From: an uncultured Chloroflexia bacterium
Lineage (GTDB): Bacteria; Chloroflexota; Limnocylindria; QHBO01
Reading direction: 5' to 3'
Assembly: GCA_963812115.1 (NCBI GenBank)
Contig: CAWEUD010000043.1
Location: 123,535-187,534, forward strand
Length of the DNA stretch: 64,000 bases
This document shows, one piece after another, positions 21,135 to 30,448 of this stretch. The number at the start of each line of letters is the position of its first letter. The first letter of the stretch is position 1. Under the pieces are notes generated by a model. It was given only the letters and a program-made list of their open reading frames with translations. It was not told the DNA's origin and did not search any database. The translations under genes were made by a program, and so were the position numbers.

Positions 21135-22744
21135 CTGCCGGCAGCCGCCACCAACTCGCCCAGCTGCTGTGGCGGGACCGCGTTGAATCCCTCGTCTCCG
21201 AGCCAGGAGAAGATTTCGCCGCGCTCGACGTGCGACATGACCGCCACGAGGTCTCCGCGCCGGGACCGCGAGAGCAGCGCCTGCAGCGCGGACAGCTCGC
21301 TGGGATGGGCCGGCATCTCGTCGCGGTAGCCGCCGTCGGCAGCACCGCGACGGAAGATCTCGTTCATCGCCTCCAGGTCCCGCCCGCGCAGGTAGTGACG
21401 CTTCTCGCAGATGACGACATCGTCGGCCCCCTGGCCGGCCAGCCGACCCAGGTTGTGCAGGACCTCATCGGTCCTGTCGCCGGCCGTGCCGAGCGCGAGC
21501 CGAACCTGACCGCGGCCGCCGACCAGCCCGCGGCAGACCTCCAGCAGCCCACGCAGCCCCGCTTCGTTGTGGGCGAAGTCGATCAGGACCAGCAGGCCAC
21601 CCCGCTCGTAGAGGTTCATCCGGCCCGGGTTGGCGACGCTGTCCTGGGTAAAGGTGCGCAGTCCCGCCCGGATCCGCGCCGGACGAATGCCCAGGGCGTC
21701 AGCCCCCGCAGCGGCAGCCAGCGCATTCGCCACGTTGTAGGTCGAGAGCCCGCCGAAGGTGACCGGTATCTCTGCCAGCGGAGCCAGCCGCAGGGGACGC
21801 CTTGCGCCGCGCAGCAGGGTCAGCCAACCGTCCTTCAGCACGGCGGCGCGACCGCCCGCTTCGAGCGCCTGGCGCACACCGTCCGCTTCCGGAGAGAGAC
21901 TGAACGCGTAGCGGGCAGCCCTCGTCCAGCGGCGCATCGCCCAGACCCGCTCGTCCTCCGCGTTGAGTACGGCCCACCCACTGCGCCGCGTGATGCGGAC
22001 GATGGCGCCCTTCACCTCGGCCAGCTCGTCGAGCGTGTCGATGCCCTGCAGTCCCAGGTGGTCGGCGCTCACGTTCGTGACGATGGAGACGTCGTTGGCG
22101 CCGTAGCCGATGCCGCGCAGGAGGATGCCGCCGCGCGCCGTCTCGAGGACGGCGAGGTCGATCCCATCCTCGGCCAGGACGCGACCGGCGCCACCGAAGC
22201 CGGTCCAGTCCCCCGCCTCCACCAACTTCCCGTCGACGAAGATGCCGTCGGAGTTCGTCATCCCAACCCGCCTGCCCGCCGTGGTGGCAATGTGGGCCAG
22301 CAGTCGGGTGGTCGTGCTCTTGCCGTTGGTCCCGGTGATCGCCACGATCGGCACGCGTGCCGCGGGGAGGCTCGGGAGCGGACCGAGCGCCATCGCCCGC
22401 AGGCCCCGCAGCTCGCGCCGTTCGCTGCTGGCACCCGCTGCGATGCGGGCCGCGGATGCCCCGACCGCCTGGGAGATCGTCCGCCGATGCCAGGGGTAGG
22501 CCACCAGGGCCCGCCGGCCGTCCGCAGATCCGCGCCGCGCGATGCGCGGCACGGGCAGGTCCAGGAGCGCGTGAAGACGCTGGACGGCCTCACCGGCGGC
22601 GACGCTCGTCTCGTCCGCCAGACCGGGCTCGATGGCGCCGAACTCGAGCTTGATCGCCGGCCGCCTGAAGAACCGGTTGGGGCCGTCGAGGACGCGCAGT
22701 TCCAGGAGCTCCACGTCGCCGTCCGAGCGCCCGTCCTGCGGCAT
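21131..22744 (-). CDS. Cyanophycin-synthetase-like Mur ligase family protein lacking the ATP-grasp domain (CphA N domain + M domain only)
   Basis: The N-terminal segment LELRVLDGPNRFFRRPAIKLEF parallels the CphA N domain. It is followed directly by the Mur-ligase P-loop ITGTNGKSTT, then DHLGLQ and a C-terminal Mur ligase domain. There is no ATP-grasp motif. The start is ambiguous (22744 MPQDG vs 22792), so coordinates are +/-1 to 48 nt. Convergent with cphA. Confidence 0.75.
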   Translation of the reverse strand: MPQDGRSDGDVELLELRVLDGPNRFFRRPAIKLEFGAIEPGLADETSVAAGEAVQRLHALLDLPVPRIARRGSADGRRALVAYPWHRRTISQAVGASAARIAAGASSERRELRGLRAMALGPLPSLPAARVPIVAITGTNGKSTTTRLLAHIATTAGRRVGMTNSDGIFVDGKLVEAGDWTGFGGAGRVLAEDGIDLAVLETARGGILLRGIGYGANDVSIVTNVSADHLGLQGIDTLDELAEVKGAIVRITRRSGWAVLNAEDERVWAMRRWTRAARYAFSLSPEADGVRQALEAGGRAAVLKDGWLTLLRGARRPLRLAPLAEIPVTFGGLSTYNVANALAAAAGADALGIRPARIRAGLRTFTQDSVANPGRMNLYERGGLLVLIDFAHNEAGLRGLLEVCRGLVGGRGQVRLALGTAGDRTDEVLHNLGRLAGQGADDVVICEKRHYLRGRDLEAMNEIFRRGAADGGYRDEMPAHPSELSALQALLSRSRRGDLVAVMSHVERGEIFSWLGDEGFNAVPPQQLGELVAAAGS

Positions 22745-22767
22745 GGCCGGCAGTATACTCACGCGCC

Positions 22768-23928
22768 ATGCCGATCCCGCCGGACCTGCCACAGGCCGTC
22801 AGGGCCCGATACCCGCGCTACCTGGCGGAGCTCGAATCCCTGGTCAACGTCGACTGCGGCTCGCACACGCCGCCTGGCGTCAATCGCATCGCGGATGCGG
22901 TGGCCGAGTCCCTCGCAGAGCTTGGAGCGAGCGTGGAGCGCCGCTCGCCGGAGCCCGGGCAGCCCCTCGGAGATCTCGTCATCGGCCGCCTCATCGGCGA
23001 GGGCTCCCGACTGCTGCTCATCGGCCACATGGACACGGTCTTCGAGCCCGGGACGGTGGCCGAGCGGCCGTTTCGGGTGGAGGGCGAACGGGCGCTCGGT
23101 CCGGGCACGAGCGACATGAAGGGCGGGCTGCTGGCGGGCCTGCACGCGGTGGCTGCGCTGCACGAGATCGGCATCCGGCCGACCATCACCTTCGTCGCGA
23201 ATCCGGACGAGGAGATCGGCTCGCCGTTCAGCACGCCGCACATCCGCGAACTGGTCCCCGAACACGATGCCGCACTGGTGCTCGAGTGTGCCCGGGCCAA
23301 CGGCGATATCGTCAGCGCACGGAAAGGCATCGCAGACCTGGAGGTCACCTTCACGGGCCGGGCCGCGCACGCGGGCGTGGAGCCGGAGAAGGGACGCTCC
23401 GCGATCCTGGCGGCTGCGCGCCAGGTCGTGGCGCTCGAGGACCTCAACGGTCGATGGCCGGGCGTCACGCTGAACGCCGGCGTGATCCGTGGTGGAACGC
23501 GCCCGAACGTGGTCGCCGCCGAGTGCCGGCTGACGCTCGATCTGCGTGCCGCGGCCGCCGACGCCTTCGATGCGGCCATGGAGGAAGTCGAGCGGCTGCT
23601 GCACTCCCCCTCCGTCGACGGCGTGCATGTCGAGCTGCAACGGCTGGCCGCGCACCCGCCGATGGAGAAGTCGCCGGCCACGGCCCGGCTGGCCGACCTC
23701 GCGCACGGCCTCGCAGCCGAGCTCGGGTTCGACCTTCGCGATGCCGCGACCGGGGGAGCGTCGGACGCCAACACCACCGCGGCCGCGGGGCTGCCGACAC
23801 TCGACGGGCTGGGGCCGATCGGGGGCGACGATCACTCTGCCGACGAGTGGCTGGACCTTTCGAGCGTCGTCCCGCGCGTGACGCTCCTCGCGGCGCTGAT
23901 AGCGTCGGCGGAGCGGGCGCTGGCCTGA
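22768..23928 (+). CDS. M20 family metallopeptidase (carboxypeptidase G2 / glutamate carboxypeptidase-like)
   Basis: 386 aa. Metal-binding motifs HMDTV, PGTSDMKGG and NPDEEIGS, and a dimerisation domain. Divergent from the G-less cphA paralog, with starts about 25 nt apart. Confidence 0.85.
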   Translation: MPIPPDLPQAVRARYPRYLAELESLVNVDCGSHTPPGVNRIADAVAESLAELGASVERRSPEPGQPLGDLVIGRLIGEGSRLLLIGHMDTVFEPGTVAERPFRVEGERALGPGTSDMKGGLLAGLHAVAALHEIGIRPTITFVANPDEEIGSPFSTPHIRELVPEHDAALVLECARANGDIVSARKGIADLEVTFTGRAAHAGVEPEKGRSAILAAARQVVALEDLNGRWPGVTLNAGVIRGGTRPNVVAAECRLTLDLRAAAADAFDAAMEEVERLLHSPSVDGVHVELQRLAAHPPMEKSPATARLADLAHGLAAELGFDLRDAATGGASDANTTAAAGLPTLDGLGPIGGDDHSADEWLDLSSVVPRVTLLAALIASAERALA

Positions 23929-23978
23929 CGGCAGCCGCGCGAGGGGGTTCGGTGAGCCCCGTGTAGAATCTGGGCTCC

Positions 23979-24428
23979 GTGAGCGATGACTTCCGCCACA
24001 GCACGCCCGTCCAGGTGCGGTTCCGCGACATCGATGCGTTCGGCCACGTGAACAACGCGGTCGTCTCCACCTACGTGGAGCTGGCGCGGGTAAGCTACCT
24101 GCGCGACGTGCTGAAGCTGGACCCGGTGGGGCCGCTGAACCGGATGCCGCTGATCCTGGGCATGATCAGGATCGACTACGAGTCTCCGATCTTCCTGGCC
24201 GACGCCGTGCAGGTCGGATCGCGCGTGGAGTGGATCGGCCGCAGCAGCATCTCGATGTCGCACCGGCTGGTTGCCGAATCCGGGCGCGACCTGGCGCGGG
24301 CGACATCGGTCCTGGTGGCGTACGACTACGGGCAGGCACGGCCCATGCCGGTGCCTGATGATTGGCGCACCGCGCTGGCCGCCCACGAGGGGCGCGCCCT
24401 GGAGCGCCCGCAGCAGGGAGAGGCATGA
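23979..24428 (+). CDS. Acyl-CoA thioesterase (hotdog fold, 4HBT/YbgC-like)
   Basis: 149 aa: RFRDIDAFGHVNNAVVSTYVELAR. GTG start. Its stop overlaps the lpd ATG (ATGA). Confidence 0.75.
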   Translation: MSDDFRHSTPVQVRFRDIDAFGHVNNAVVSTYVELARVSYLRDVLKLDPVGPLNRMPLILGMIRIDYESPIFLADAVQVGSRVEWIGRSSISMSHRLVAESGRDLARATSVLVAYDYGQARPMPVPDDWRTALAAHEGRALERPQQGEA

Positions 24429-25845
24429 CCGACGAGCGACGCTACGACCTCCTGATCCTCGGTGGCGGGATGAGCTACGTGGGCGCCATCCGCGCCGCCC
24501 AGCTCGGCCTGAAGGTGGGCCTCGTCGAGCGCGACGCGCTGGGCGGCACCTGCCTCAACCGCGGCTGCATCCCGTCGAAGGCGCTGCTCGAGACCGCCGA
24601 CCTGCTGCACCGGGTGACGGAGCAGGGCCACGAGTTCGGTCTCGCCGGCAGCGACGGCGTCTCCCTCGACTACGGCCCGCTCGGCGAGCGACGAGATGCG
24701 GTGGTCGAGAAGCACGTCCGCGGCGTCGAGTTCCTGATGAAGAAGAACGGCATCGACGTCCTGCACGGCCAGGGCACTCTCACCGGCCCGACCAGCGTGC
24801 GCGTCTCCGGGGGCGAGTCGGGCGAGCTCCAGGCGAGCGCCACCGACCTCATCCTGGCGACCGGCTCGGCGCCGCGCTCCCTGCCGGGACTGGAGCCGGA
24901 CGGCGAGCGGATCATCACCAGCGACGAGGCGCTCAAGCGCAACGACGTGCCGGCACGGGTGACGATCGTGGGGGCGGGCGCCATCGGCGTCGAGTGGGCG
25001 TCCATGTACCGCGACTTCGGCTCGGAGGTCACGCTGGTCGAGTTCCTGGACCGCGTGGTCCCCCTCGAGGACGCGGACGTCAGCAAGGAGCTGAACCGGG
25101 TCTTCCGCAAGCGCGGCATCGCGATCCACACCGCCTCGACGATCGACACCGAGAGCATCCAGCGCTCCGATGACGGGCTCACCTTCAGCGTCAAGGCCAA
25201 CGAGGGCGACAGGCGGACCGATGTAGGGGCGGACATCATCCTGGTGGCGGTCGGGCGCCGACCGCTGACCGATGAGCATCGGCCTGGAGCAGATCGACGG
25301 CCTGCAGATGGAGCGCGGCTACGTCAAGGTCGACGAGTACATGCGGACCGGCGTCCCGCACCTCTACGCCATCGGCGACATCGTGCCGGGCTTCGCCCTG
25401 GCGCACGTGGCGGCGCACGAGAGCGTGGTGGCGGTCGAGACGATCGCCGGGCACGACCCGGAGCCGGTCCGCTCGGACCTCATGCCGCGGGTCACCTTCT
25501 GCCGGCCGCAGATCGGCAGCGTGGGCCTGACCGAGGCAGAGGCGCGCGAGGCCGGCCACGAGGTGAAGACCGGCCAGTTCCCGTTCCGGGCGCTCGGCAA
25601 GGCGACCATCGTCGGCGAGATCGACGGCTTCGCCAAGTTCGTGGCCGATGCGGGCACCGGGATGCTGCTGGGCGCGCACATCATCGGCGCCGCACGCCGG
25701 CGACCTGCTGCCGGAGCCGACCCTGGCGCTGCTGGTGGAGGGGACCGCGGCCGAGATCGCCATGAGCGTCCACGCCCACCCGACGCTCCCCGAAGTCCTG
25801 GCCGAGGCCGCCATGGCGGTCGACGGCGACGCGATCCACGTCTAG
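24425..25845 (+). CDS. lpd: Dihydrolipoyl dehydrogenase (E3), with two apparent +1 frameshifts (about 25283-25290 and 25690-25700)
   Basis: The N-terminus (MTDERRYDLLILGGGMSYVGAIRAAQLG...GGTCLNRGCIPSK) is in frame 2, the middle (GIGLEQIDGLQMERGYVKVDEYMRTGVPHLYAIGD) in frame 3, and the C-terminus (HAGDLLPEPTLALLVEG...HAHPTLPEV) in frame 1. Confidence 0.8.
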
Positions 25846-25861
25846 GAGAAGGAGGCAGGCA

Positions 25862-26876
25862 GTGGCAACCACCGACACCAGGGCCCGCCACCTCGAGCTC
25901 GGCCTGACCGACGACGACGTGCTCGACATGTACCGCACGATGCTGCTGGCACGGGCCGTCGACGAGCGGATGTGGCTCATGCAGCGTGCCGGCAAGATCG
26001 CCTTCATCATCTCGGGCCAGGGCCACGAGGGGGCGCAGGTCGCCACCGCCTGGCCGCTGCGCAAGAACCAGGACTGGATGGCGCCCGTACTACCGCAGCA
26101 TCGCGTCGACGATCGCGTTCGGGATGAGCGCGGAGGACATCATCACCGCCCACCTGGCCAAGGGAGACGACGTCAGCTCCGGCGGACGCCAGATGCCGGG
26201 CCACTACGGGGCCGCGCCGTTCAACATCGTCAGCCTCTCGTCGCCGGTCGGGACGCAGGTCCTGCACGCGGTCGGGATGGCCATGGGTGCCTGGGTGCGC
26301 GGCGACGACGTGGTGGCGCTCACGACCTACGGCGAGGGGACCAGCAACCAGGGCGAGATCCACGAGGCGATGAACTTTGCCGGCGTCCACAGGCTGCCGG
26401 TCATCTTCGTCTGCGAGAACAACGGCTACGCGATCAGCGTCCCGCTCGAGAAGCAGGTTGGCGGGATGAGCGTGGCGGCGCGGGCGCAGGGCTACGGATT
26501 CCCGGGTGTTCGGGTCGACGGCTCGGACCCGCTGGCCTGCTACGCGGCCGCCAAGGATGCCCACGAGCGGGCACGTCGCGGTGATGGGCCGACCCTGATC
26601 GAGGCGCGGGTGGTCCGCCTGACCAGCCACTCCTCGGACGACGACCAGCGCCGCTACCGTGACCCCGCCGAGGTCGAGGCGCTCAAGGAGCAGGATCCGC
26701 TGGCGCGCTTCGGCGCGCAGCTGCGGAGCGCCGGCATCCTGGACGACGAGCGCGAGGACGAGCTTCGCGCGCAGATCAAGGCGGCGGTCAACGACGCCAG
26801 CCGTCGGGCGGAGGCGCGCCCGGAGCCCGATGTCTCGCAGGCCGCACGCCACGTGTACGCGGACGGGGAGGCCTGA
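25862..26876 (+). CDS. 2-oxoacid dehydrogenase E1 component alpha subunit (PDH/BCKDH-type), with a +1 frameshift near 26084-26087
   Basis: Frame 2 gives MATTDTRARHLELGLTDDDVLDMYRTMLLARAVDERM...NQDWMAP. Frame 3 continues YYRSIASTIAFGMSAEDII...TYGEGTSNQGEIHEAMNFAG (the TPP-binding region). There is an extra nucleotide inside gcgcccgtac. Confidence 0.8.
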
Positions 26877-26880
26877 GCCG

Positions 26881-27867
26881 ATGGCGACGCAGAACATCCT
26901 GGAGGCGATCCGCTCCGCCATGGACGAGGAGATGGAGCGCGACGAGCTGGTGATGGTGCTGGGCGAGGACGTGGGCAAGAAGGGCGGCGTCTTCGGGACG
27001 ACTGACGGCCTCTTCGCCAAGTACGGCGAGAAGCGGGTCCTCGACACGCCGCTGACCGAGGCCATGATCGCCGGAGCGGCCTGCGGCGCGGCGATGTACG
27101 GGCTGCGGCCCATCGCCGAGATGCAGTTCGCCGACTTCGTCTACCCCGCGTTCAACCAGATCGTCTCGGAGATCAGCCGCATGCGCTACCGATCCAACGG
27201 CACGTTCGGCCTGCCGATGGTGATCCGCATGCCGTATGGCGGCGGCGTGCACGGCGCCCTCTACCACTCGCAGTCGAACGAGGCGTACTTCACCTCGACG
27301 GTCGGGCTCAAGGTCGTGGCGCCCGGCACGCCGGCCGACGCCAAGGGACTGCTCAAGGCGGCGGTCCGCGACCCTGACCCGGTCATGTTCTTCGAGCACA
27401 AGAAGACCTACCGGCTCTTCAGGGCCGAGGTGCCCGACGGTGACCACCTGGTCCCCATCGGCGCTGCCGAGATCGCGCGCGCCGGGAAGGACCTGTCGAT
27501 CTTCTGCTACGGCTACATGCGCACCTGCGCCTTGGAGGCGGCGGAGACGCTGGCGCGCGAGGACGGCGTGGAGGCGGAGGTCGTGGACCTGCGCACGCTG
27601 CGACCGCTTGACACGGACACGGTCCTCGGCTCGGTGCGCCGCACCGGCAAGGCGCTCGTCGTCCACGAGGCGAACCGCTTCGGTGGATTCGGTGCCGAGA
27701 TCGCTGCGGAGATCGCCGAGAAGGCGTTCGAGAGCCTGGACGGGCCCGTGACGCGGCTGGCCGGACCCGAGGTTCCGGGCGTCCCCTACCACCACGACCT
27801 CGAGGAGTGGTTCATGCTGAACCCTGCCAAGATCGTGGACGCGGCGCGCGAACTCGCGGCCTACTGA
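26881..27867 (+). CDS. 2-oxoacid dehydrogenase E1 component beta subunit
   Basis: Intact 328-aa protein starting MATQNILEAIRSAMDEEMERDE, with transketolase-like pyrimidine-binding and C-terminal domains. Confidence 0.9.
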   Translation: MATQNILEAIRSAMDEEMERDELVMVLGEDVGKKGGVFGTTDGLFAKYGEKRVLDTPLTEAMIAGAACGAAMYGLRPIAEMQFADFVYPAFNQIVSEISRMRYRSNGTFGLPMVIRMPYGGGVHGALYHSQSNEAYFTSTVGLKVVAPGTPADAKGLLKAAVRDPDPVMFFEHKKTYRLFRAEVPDGDHLVPIGAAEIARAGKDLSIFCYGYMRTCALEAAETLAREDGVEAEVVDLRTLRPLDTDTVLGSVRRTGKALVVHEANRFGGFGAEIAAEIAEKAFESLDGPVTRLAGPEVPGVPYHHDLEEWFMLNPAKIVDAARELAAY

Positions 27868-27971
27868 CCGATGCTTGCCGGGCCCGGCGCTGTTCGCCAG
27901 ACTAGGACCGCAACCGACGATACCCGCCCGGCACCTGCTGCCGGTCACGAACTGAGGAGCCTGTAGAACCG

Positions 27972-29456
27972 ATGCCAACCACGATCAAGATGCCGCAGCT
28001 CGGCGAGTCGGTCACCGAGGGAACGATCGAGCGCTGGCTGGTCAAGGAAGGCGACAGCGTCGAGCAGTACGACCCGCTCTTCGAGGTCGTGACCGACAAG
28101 GTCAATGCCGAGGTGCCGTCGGAGGTCGCCGGCACCATCACCAAGATCATGGTCCCCGACGGCGAGACGGTCGCCGTCGGCACCCCCCTGGCCGAGATCG
28201 ATGCGGAGGGCGGCACCGCCCAGCCTGCCGAAGACCAGGGAGAGGCGGCCGCGGAGCAGGAGGCGCCCGCCGAGCAGGAGGCACCGGCCGAAGAGGAGCC
28301 ACCGGCCGAGCAGGAGGCGCCCGCCGAGGAGACACCGGCACCCCAGCCCCCGCCGCAGGAAGCGAACGAGCCGGCGAGTGAACCCGTGGCCGCCGCCGCC
28401 AGTTCGGAGACGAGCGGACCCCCCACCGACGCGTCGGTGCGCATGACCCCGGCCGTGCGCCGACTGGTGCGTGAGCACGAGATCGATATCAGCCAGCTGA
28501 ACGGATCCGGAGCCGGGGGACGCGTCACGCGGGACGACGTGCTGGCCTACATCGAGCGAGCGGAGCCGGGCCAGCCGCAGCCGCCCGCGCCGCCATCACC
28601 ATCGCCCGAGCAGCCAGCGCCCGCTGCGGCACAGGCAGCTCCCGTCGCAGCTCCCGCCCAGCGGCAGCAGGAGGCGGCACCCGAGCCGCAGCCACAGGCG
28701 CCGGCTGCCTCGTATACGCCGCCCTCGCCAACTCCGGCGCCGGCCGGCGGCGACCAGGAGATGCCGCTCTCGCAGATGCGCAAGGGCATTGCCGCCAAGA
28801 TGACGCGGGTCAAGCAGACCGTCCCCCACGCCTACACCGTGGTGGAGGTCGACATGGGCAACGTCGTGCGCTGGCGGGAAGCGAACCAGGCCGCCTACAA
28901 GGCGCGCGAGGGAATCGGCCTGTCGTACGTCGCCGTCGTGGTCAAGGCGGTGACCGAGACCCTGCGCCAGCATCCGACCGTGAACAGCCAGTTCGCCGAC
29001 GACAAGATCATCCTCAAGCAGGCCATGAACGTCGGCATCGCGGTCGCGGTCGACAACGGTCTGCTGGTTCCGGTCATCCACAATGCCGACCAGCTCTCGA
29101 TCAGCGGCGTGAACCACAAGGTCCAGGACCTCGCGGCGCGAGCGCGCGACAACAAGCTCAAGCTGGACGAGATCCAGGGCGGCACCTTCACGGTGAACAA
29201 CACCGGCTGGTTCGGGTCGGTCTCCTCGATGCCCATCGTCAACGCCCCCGAGGTGGCCATCCTCTCCATGGAGGCGATCGTCAAGCGCCCCATGGTCGTG
29301 ACCGTCGAGGGCGAGGACGTGATCGCCATCAGGCCGATGATGAACATGACCTGTTCGTTCGACCATCGTGTGCTCGACGGCGCGCAGGTCGGCGGCTTCC
29401 TGGCCGACGTCCGGAAGCGCCTCGAGGAGTGGGATCCCGAGACGTCCATCGGCTGA
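27972..29456 (+). CDS. Dihydrolipoamide acyltransferase (E2): lipoyl domain, peripheral subunit-binding domain, catalytic domain
   Basis: Lipoyl-attachment region (MPQLGESVTEGTIERWLVKEGDSV...VVTDKVNAEVPS), PSBD (PAVRRLVREHEIDISQLNGSGAGGRVTRDDV), and a catalytic His-containing C-terminus (DHRVLDG). Confidence 0.9.
   Translation: MPTTIKMPQLGESVTEGTIERWLVKEGDSVEQYDPLFEVVTDKVNAEVPSEVAGTITKIMVPDGETVAVGTPLAEIDAEGGTAQPAEDQGEAAAEQEAPAEQEAPAEEEPPAEQEAPAEETPAPQPPPQEANEPASEPVAAAASSETSGPPTDASVRMTPAVRRLVREHEIDISQLNGSGAGGRVTRDDVLAYIERAEPGQPQPPAPPSPSPEQPAPAAAQAAPVAAPAQRQQEAAPEPQPQAPAASYTPPSPTPAPAGGDQEMPLSQMRKGIAAKMTRVKQTVPHAYTVVEVDMGNVVRWREANQAAYKAREGIGLSYVAVVVKAVTETLRQHPTVNSQFADDKIILKQAMNVGIAVAVDNGLLVPVIHNADQLSISGVNHKVQDLAARARDNKLKLDEIQGGTFTVNNTGWFGSVSSMPIVNAPEVAILSMEAIVKRPMVVTVEGEDVIAIRPMMNMTCSFDHRVLDGAQVGGFLADVRKRLEEWDPETSIG
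28251..28340 (+). repeat. Five imperfect tandem 18-nt repeats encoding the AEQEAP-type Ala/Glu/Pro linker of E2
   Basis: gcGGAGCAGGAGGCgCCc units visible directly in the sequence. Typical flexible-linker low-complexity DNA. Confidence 0.6.
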
Positions 29457-29551
29457 GGAGGGCACAATCGGTGACCCTGAGCGAGCGGGCGTCGACCGCC
29501 GACGCGAGCGATCCGCTCGAGGGGCCATCGGCCGAGGCGCGCGATCGCGTC

Positions 29552-29569
29552 GATCCCCTGGCGGGGATC
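29552..29569. terminator. GC-rich hairpin GATCCCC-tggc-GGGGATC between the convergent E2 and alkD-like genes; possible bidirectional terminator
   Basis: Perfect 7-bp stem with a 4-nt loop. No T-run, which is common in high-GC genomes. Weak call. Confidence 0.2.
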
Positions 29570-29649
29570 CGGGCGCACTTCCCGGAGCCGGATGCGCCGG
29601 CTGGTGGGCGACGGCAACTACCGCCGGGTCGACGCGTCCGGGCGGCGCA

Positions 29650-30396
29650 TCACCTGAGCGGCCGCCGCGCGCGATAGGCGCGCATGAGGGCGGCGGCGTC
29701 GCCCTCTGGCAGGTGCTTCACCGCCTCCCGCATCGTCACGCCGGACGCCCGATCGGTGCGGGCGCCCAGCCACTGGACGACCTCGCTCGGCCGGCGCTTC
29801 CCCGCTTCGCGAAGGACCCAGCCGATCGCCTTGCGGATGAATGCCTCCTTCTCGCCAAGCATCGTGTCGGCGTAGCGCGTGAAGCGGCCCAGCGGCGCAC
29901 CGTCGCGCAGCGGACGCAGCTGCGAGAGCAGCGCCGAGCGGCGCACCCAGAAGTCCTCGTCGGCCGCCCATCGGTCCAGGACCGCGCCCGCGTCGGGAGC
30001 GCCGGCGCAGAGGGGGCCCACCACGTTGGCGGCCAGCGCGTCGACGTAGGCCCACGTGCGCGACTCGCGGATGAGCCGCTCGAGGAGCGGCAGGTCGGCG
30101 ACGCCGAGCAGCTGCCGATGGCGCTCCAGCAGGGTGACGGCCGCCATGCGTCGCTCGTGGACGGGCCGCTCCCAGAGTGCGGTCACCAATGCGACCAGCC
30201 GGTCGTGGTCGCCGATCGGCCACTCCACGGTGAAGGCGCGCACGGTCCGTTCGATCTGCGGCAAGGTGGCGCCGTGAAAGGCGAGGCTGCTCTTGAGATA
30301 CCGCTTCTCGTGCGCCGCGCGCTGCGCGGAACCCTGGACGGCGAGCTCAGCCTCCAGGGCGTCAGCGGCTGCGGCGGGATCGGTCGCCGGCTCCAT
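29650..30396 (-). CDS. DNA alkylation repair enzyme (AlkD-like HEAT-repeat family)
   Basis: 248 aa, alpha-helical repeat protein of the DNA_alkylation (AlkC/AlkD-like) family. Confidence 0.65.
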   Translation of the reverse strand: MEPATDPAAAADALEAELAVQGSAQRAAHEKRYLKSSLAFHGATLPQIERTVRAFTVEWPIGDHDRLVALVTALWERPVHERRMAAVTLLERHRQLLGVADLPLLERLIRESRTWAYVDALAANVVGPLCAGAPDAGAVLDRWAADEDFWVRRSALLSQLRPLRDGAPLGRFTRYADTMLGEKEAFIRKAIGWVLREAGKRRPSEVVQWLGARTDRASGVTMREAVKHLPEGDAAALMRAYRARRPLR

Positions 30397-30448
30397 GAAG
30401 GGAGTCTAGCGGGCGCCTGGGGGCCTTCGCGGGCACCCGGGCAGGACG

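Noticed and set aside
22768-22792. Possibility that the G-less cphA paralog and the M20 gene overlap at their 5' ends (starts at 22792 and 22768)
   Set aside because: An internal ATG (MPQDG, about 22744) aligns with the CphA N-terminus and removes the overlap. I kept the longer alternative only as start-site uncertainty.
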